Assembly (NCBI RefSeq): GCF_009914755.1
Contig: NC_060930.1
DNA length: 64,000 bases
Reading direction: 5' to 3' (one strand)
DNA from: the human T2T-CHM13v2.0 reference genome, Homo sapiens
The notes under the pieces are model-generated. The model was not told the DNA's origin, did no database searches, and saw only the letters and a program-made list of their open reading frames with translations. Within the stretch, counting starts at the first letter, position 1, and the number at the start of each line of letters is the position of its first letter. The position numbers and the translations under genes are program-made. Shown one piece after another: positions 60,546-64,000 of the stretch.

Positions 60546-62017
60546 GAGAAATTGATGTCAAAGAAACCAGTATCTTTTGGTCGAATAGCAAGAAGAGATG
60601 CCAGACTGCTGTGGGTGAAAGTGAGTACAATGTACAGATATGGTGTCAGTGAATCTGGACCACTTATTGGAGAAGTTTGCTTTTGAAGAGGAGAGACTTG
60701 AGTAGTACTTGTGAAGTATTTGGAAACTTTTGATTGTGCTTTAATGAAAGGCATCTGAACATATTCATCAGCTATGAAAAACATTGGTTTGAAAGAAAGT
60801 TAAATACACAAGAGAAAGAAAGACTAAAGGCAAGTGGGAGGTTTAAAAAAAGTTGGGGAATAATCCCTGTGTACCCATGGCACGCCTACACTTACCCTTT
60901 CTTAATTCTGACTACACTTGTAATTCTTAATTATCTGTGTTTCTCATTACACTGTACTCCATGAGGACAGGAGTTAGCTCTGCCTCATTTACTTTTTTTC
61001 ATCGATGCATTATAGATGTACACAGTTTCAAGGTATATGTGTAATTTAATTCATTCATATAAGCCATTTACTTTGTATCATTTGTGAGTAACAAAGCACT
61101 CAGATAGGAGGCATGAATAAATGTTATTTTTTTAATTGTACATAAACGTGAATGCAAACGGAGGTACATTTAATAAAATAGACCATCCAAAAATCTTATT
61201 ATGCTAATATGTGCATATATATGTATGCACACATATCATGGTTATTGATTTCTTAAGCTAAAATTAAAATTGGTACCATGACCATAAGCATATGTTATTT
61301 GATCACTAAGACAAGAAGACCTTAGAAGGAGAGAAATTAAAAGTCAGCCAAGAACTAAGCACTCTCCAGATAGATGGGCAAGGCCATGAGTCATCTTTGT
61401 GCAGAGAATTGAGCCCTGATAAAAATCAAGGAAACAAATGGTGAAAGCACAACTTGTTAAGACAAGTGGATGCATCATTCACACTGATCCAGGTGAAACC
61501 CCAAATAACAGGATTTCTTTATCTGAGATGGTTTGATGACCTAACAAGTTAAGAAAACCAAACCAAAACAAACAAGAAACGCTCAATTCCATTTTGGAGA
61601 CAATATTGAATGCCTCATTTAGGGAAGCAAGTCCATGCAGCAAAAAAGAAATCAGATGTGCACTTCTTTCCCAGCTTTGCCAGTTTTATGATAAGTTCTT
61701 TAGTCTGATCTCAGTTTCTTTACCTGTTTAAAGAGAATAATCATACCTAATAGGGTGGTTGTACAAAGTAAAGGAGATTACATCTCATGTTTATAAGCAC
61801 CACACTCAGAAGAGCTGTCTGCTTCTCTGCCTCGTAGGTTGCAAACCTGAGAATTTCACATTACATTAGCAGCTCTGACATAGTCTCATTTATACCCTAT
61901 AAGCTCTGATTCATACAATAGTACGATGAGAATGCCATGCTATATCTAGAATTGCTGAGAAGACTAGATGACATTGTGTGCTGAAGGAACTTTGTGAAAT
62001 ACAAAGAACTACTTAAA

Positions 62018-62351
62018 CAAGTAGTCAGCAGATGACAGCCGGTGTGCCAAATCCAGCCCACCACCTGGATTTTTGTTTGTTTGTTTGTTTTATGACTCAA
62101 AAGCTAAGAATGGTTTTCACATTTTTAAATAGTTGAAAAAATCAAAAGATGAATATTTCATGATGTGAAAATTACATCTAATTCAAATTTCAGTGTCTAT
62201 AAATAAAGTTTTATTGGAACACATCCACACTCGTTTACATATTGTCTATGGCTGCTTTTGCACTACAATGGCGGAGTTGAGTAGGTGTGATCGAGACCAT
62301 ATGGGAATATTTACTATCTGGTTCTTTACAGAAAAGGTTTCCCTACTCCTG
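62018..62351 (+). mobile_element. MER58B-like (hAT-Charlie)
   Basis: gccaaatccagccc...aagctaagaatggttttcac...taaataaagttttattggaacac...tttacagaaaaggttt; acttaaa repeated on both flanks. Confidence 0.85.
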
Positions 62352-62499
62352 ACTTAAATTAAATATAGTGACAAAAAGCATAAAGATTTTGGAGGTTTTT
62401 TTTGAGATTAAAAAAAATTCATAAGTTATTGGCGAAGTGCCTGCCATATAGTAATGGCTCAATAAACAGATGTTGCTGTTTATATTCCTTCATTAGATT

Positions 62500-63080
62500 A
62501 TTAATTCAACAAATAGTTATTGAGTGCATACTCTGCCAGATACTGCTCCAAGAACCACAGAATACAGCAATGAACATAATTGGACAAAATTCCTTTGCTC
62601 ATTGAATAGACAATAAACAGACAAATAAAAATAAGTAGAGTATATTATTTGGCTGGGAGAAAAAATAAAGGATGAAAGAATAGAGAGTTTGAGGGTAGAG
62701 GTTGCAATTTTTAGATACAGTGGCCAGGGAAGACATCACTGGAAAGGTGACATTTGAGTGAAAACCCGAAGGACACAAGGGAGCCCAAGGGGATGCTGTG
62801 GGGGTGGTGAGGAGTATTGTTCTGGGCAGGGGAATAATACAAAAGCCTGGAGGCAGAGAGAGCTTAGAGTGTTCGAGGAACACCAAGGAGTTGATGGGCT
62901 GGAGTGGCGGGGAACGATGGGGAGAATAACAGGAGATTAAATCAGAAAAGTGCGGGGTAGGGCCTTGAAGAACCATCTAGGGACTCTGGCTTGTACTCTG
63001 AGTGGGAGAGGAAGCAAGTTTTGAGCAGAATAGTGGCATGGCCTGACTCACATTTAATCCAGATCCATCCGACTGCTCCA
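62500..63080 (-). mobile_element. L2a-like 3' fragment
   Basis: attcaacaaatagttattgagtgcatactctgccag...ggctggagtgg...ttttgagcagaatagtggcatg. Confidence 0.7.
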
Positions 63081-63565
63081 GTGCAAACACCCTGTAGCAC
63101 AGACTGATTAAAATTTTATAAGTTGATTTGCAACATCAATTACAGCTTAATGGTGTTAAATTGGGGGAATATTGCATATTCTCTCCATGGAAATTAATAA
63201 ACCATTTGATGGGTACACAGCACCTTCCTTACATTATTTAAGACAATGTCAGAATGATGAAACTGCTTCTAATTTATGGACAAACAATATGATATCTCAG
63301 AATCCCACAGGGTAGTTCTAACCATTTAATTTCTGCGGATTCTCACAACTGCTTCAGCTTTTCTAACAGAATCTTTGGACTAACATGGCCTCTTTTTTTG
63401 ATACAAATATTTTTGTTTGGACAGTGATTGAGACTGACCTGGACAGACCTAGAGAATGCCTCTTTGCTGTAAGATTGTTCCTCAATCTTTCTTTCATTAC
63501 TACTTCCCTCTACCAAGGAACCTTTGTAGACCTGTTTTTTTTTTCCTAATTTCCACCACAGGAAC

Positions 63566-64000
63566 ATTTTTTATTGTGCTAAAATATACATAACATAATA
63601 TTTGTCATTTTAGCTATTTGCAAGTATACTATTTAATGTCCTTAAATGTATTTACAACATTGTGTAACCATCACCAGTATCTATACCCAAAATTTTCTCA
63701 TCATCCCCCCACATAAACTCTGTTCCCGTTAAACAATAACTCCCTATTCTCCACTCCCCCGAGTCCCTGGTAACTGATAGATACCATGCTTTCTGTCTCT
63801 GTGAAATTGCCTATTCTAGGTACCTCATATAAGTGGAATCATATACAATATGTGACCTGTGTCTGGCTTATTTTGCTTAGCATAATGTTTTCAAGGTCCA
63901 TCCATGTTGTAGCATGTATCAACATTTTACTCCTCTTTATGGCTGAGTAATATTCCATTGCATGCATATGCCACATTTGATTGTTTGTTCACCTACTGAT
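63566..64000 (-). mobile_element. L1MB-like 3' end, running off the window
   Basis: ctattctaggtacctcatataagtggaatcat...gtctggcttattttgcttagcataatgttttcaagg. Confidence 0.85.

Overview
Primate (most likely human) genomic DNA from inside the AIG1 gene (androgen-induced 1, a Thr/His FAHFA lipid hydrolase), transcribed on the + strand. The only host coding sequence is one 116-bp internal exon (16502-16617, [39 protein letters not shown]). The ORF track misses its frame, and its first codon is the catalytic His134. The rest is intronic and repeat-rich: a full-length, inactivated antisense L1PA4-like element (34551-40752), a ~12-kb nested stack of sense-oriented older L1s, Alus, solo LTRs (LTR16, MLT1, THE1C, THE1D, MER4, MER50), DNA-transposon relics (MER75, MER45A, MER63, MER58), and many MIR/L2 fragments. 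There are two processed pseudogenes: RPL31 (+) and a very old, decayed ACTG1 retrocopy (-). All repeat subfamily and gene identities come from recalled sequences, not database searches. I found no convincing new biological system. The best leads are the ACTG1 fossil, a 15-nt L1 3' transduction tag, an L1 antisense promoter pointing down AIG1, a THE1 LTR fused to an inverted internal fragment, and an unexplained 38-bp direct repeat in unique DNA.
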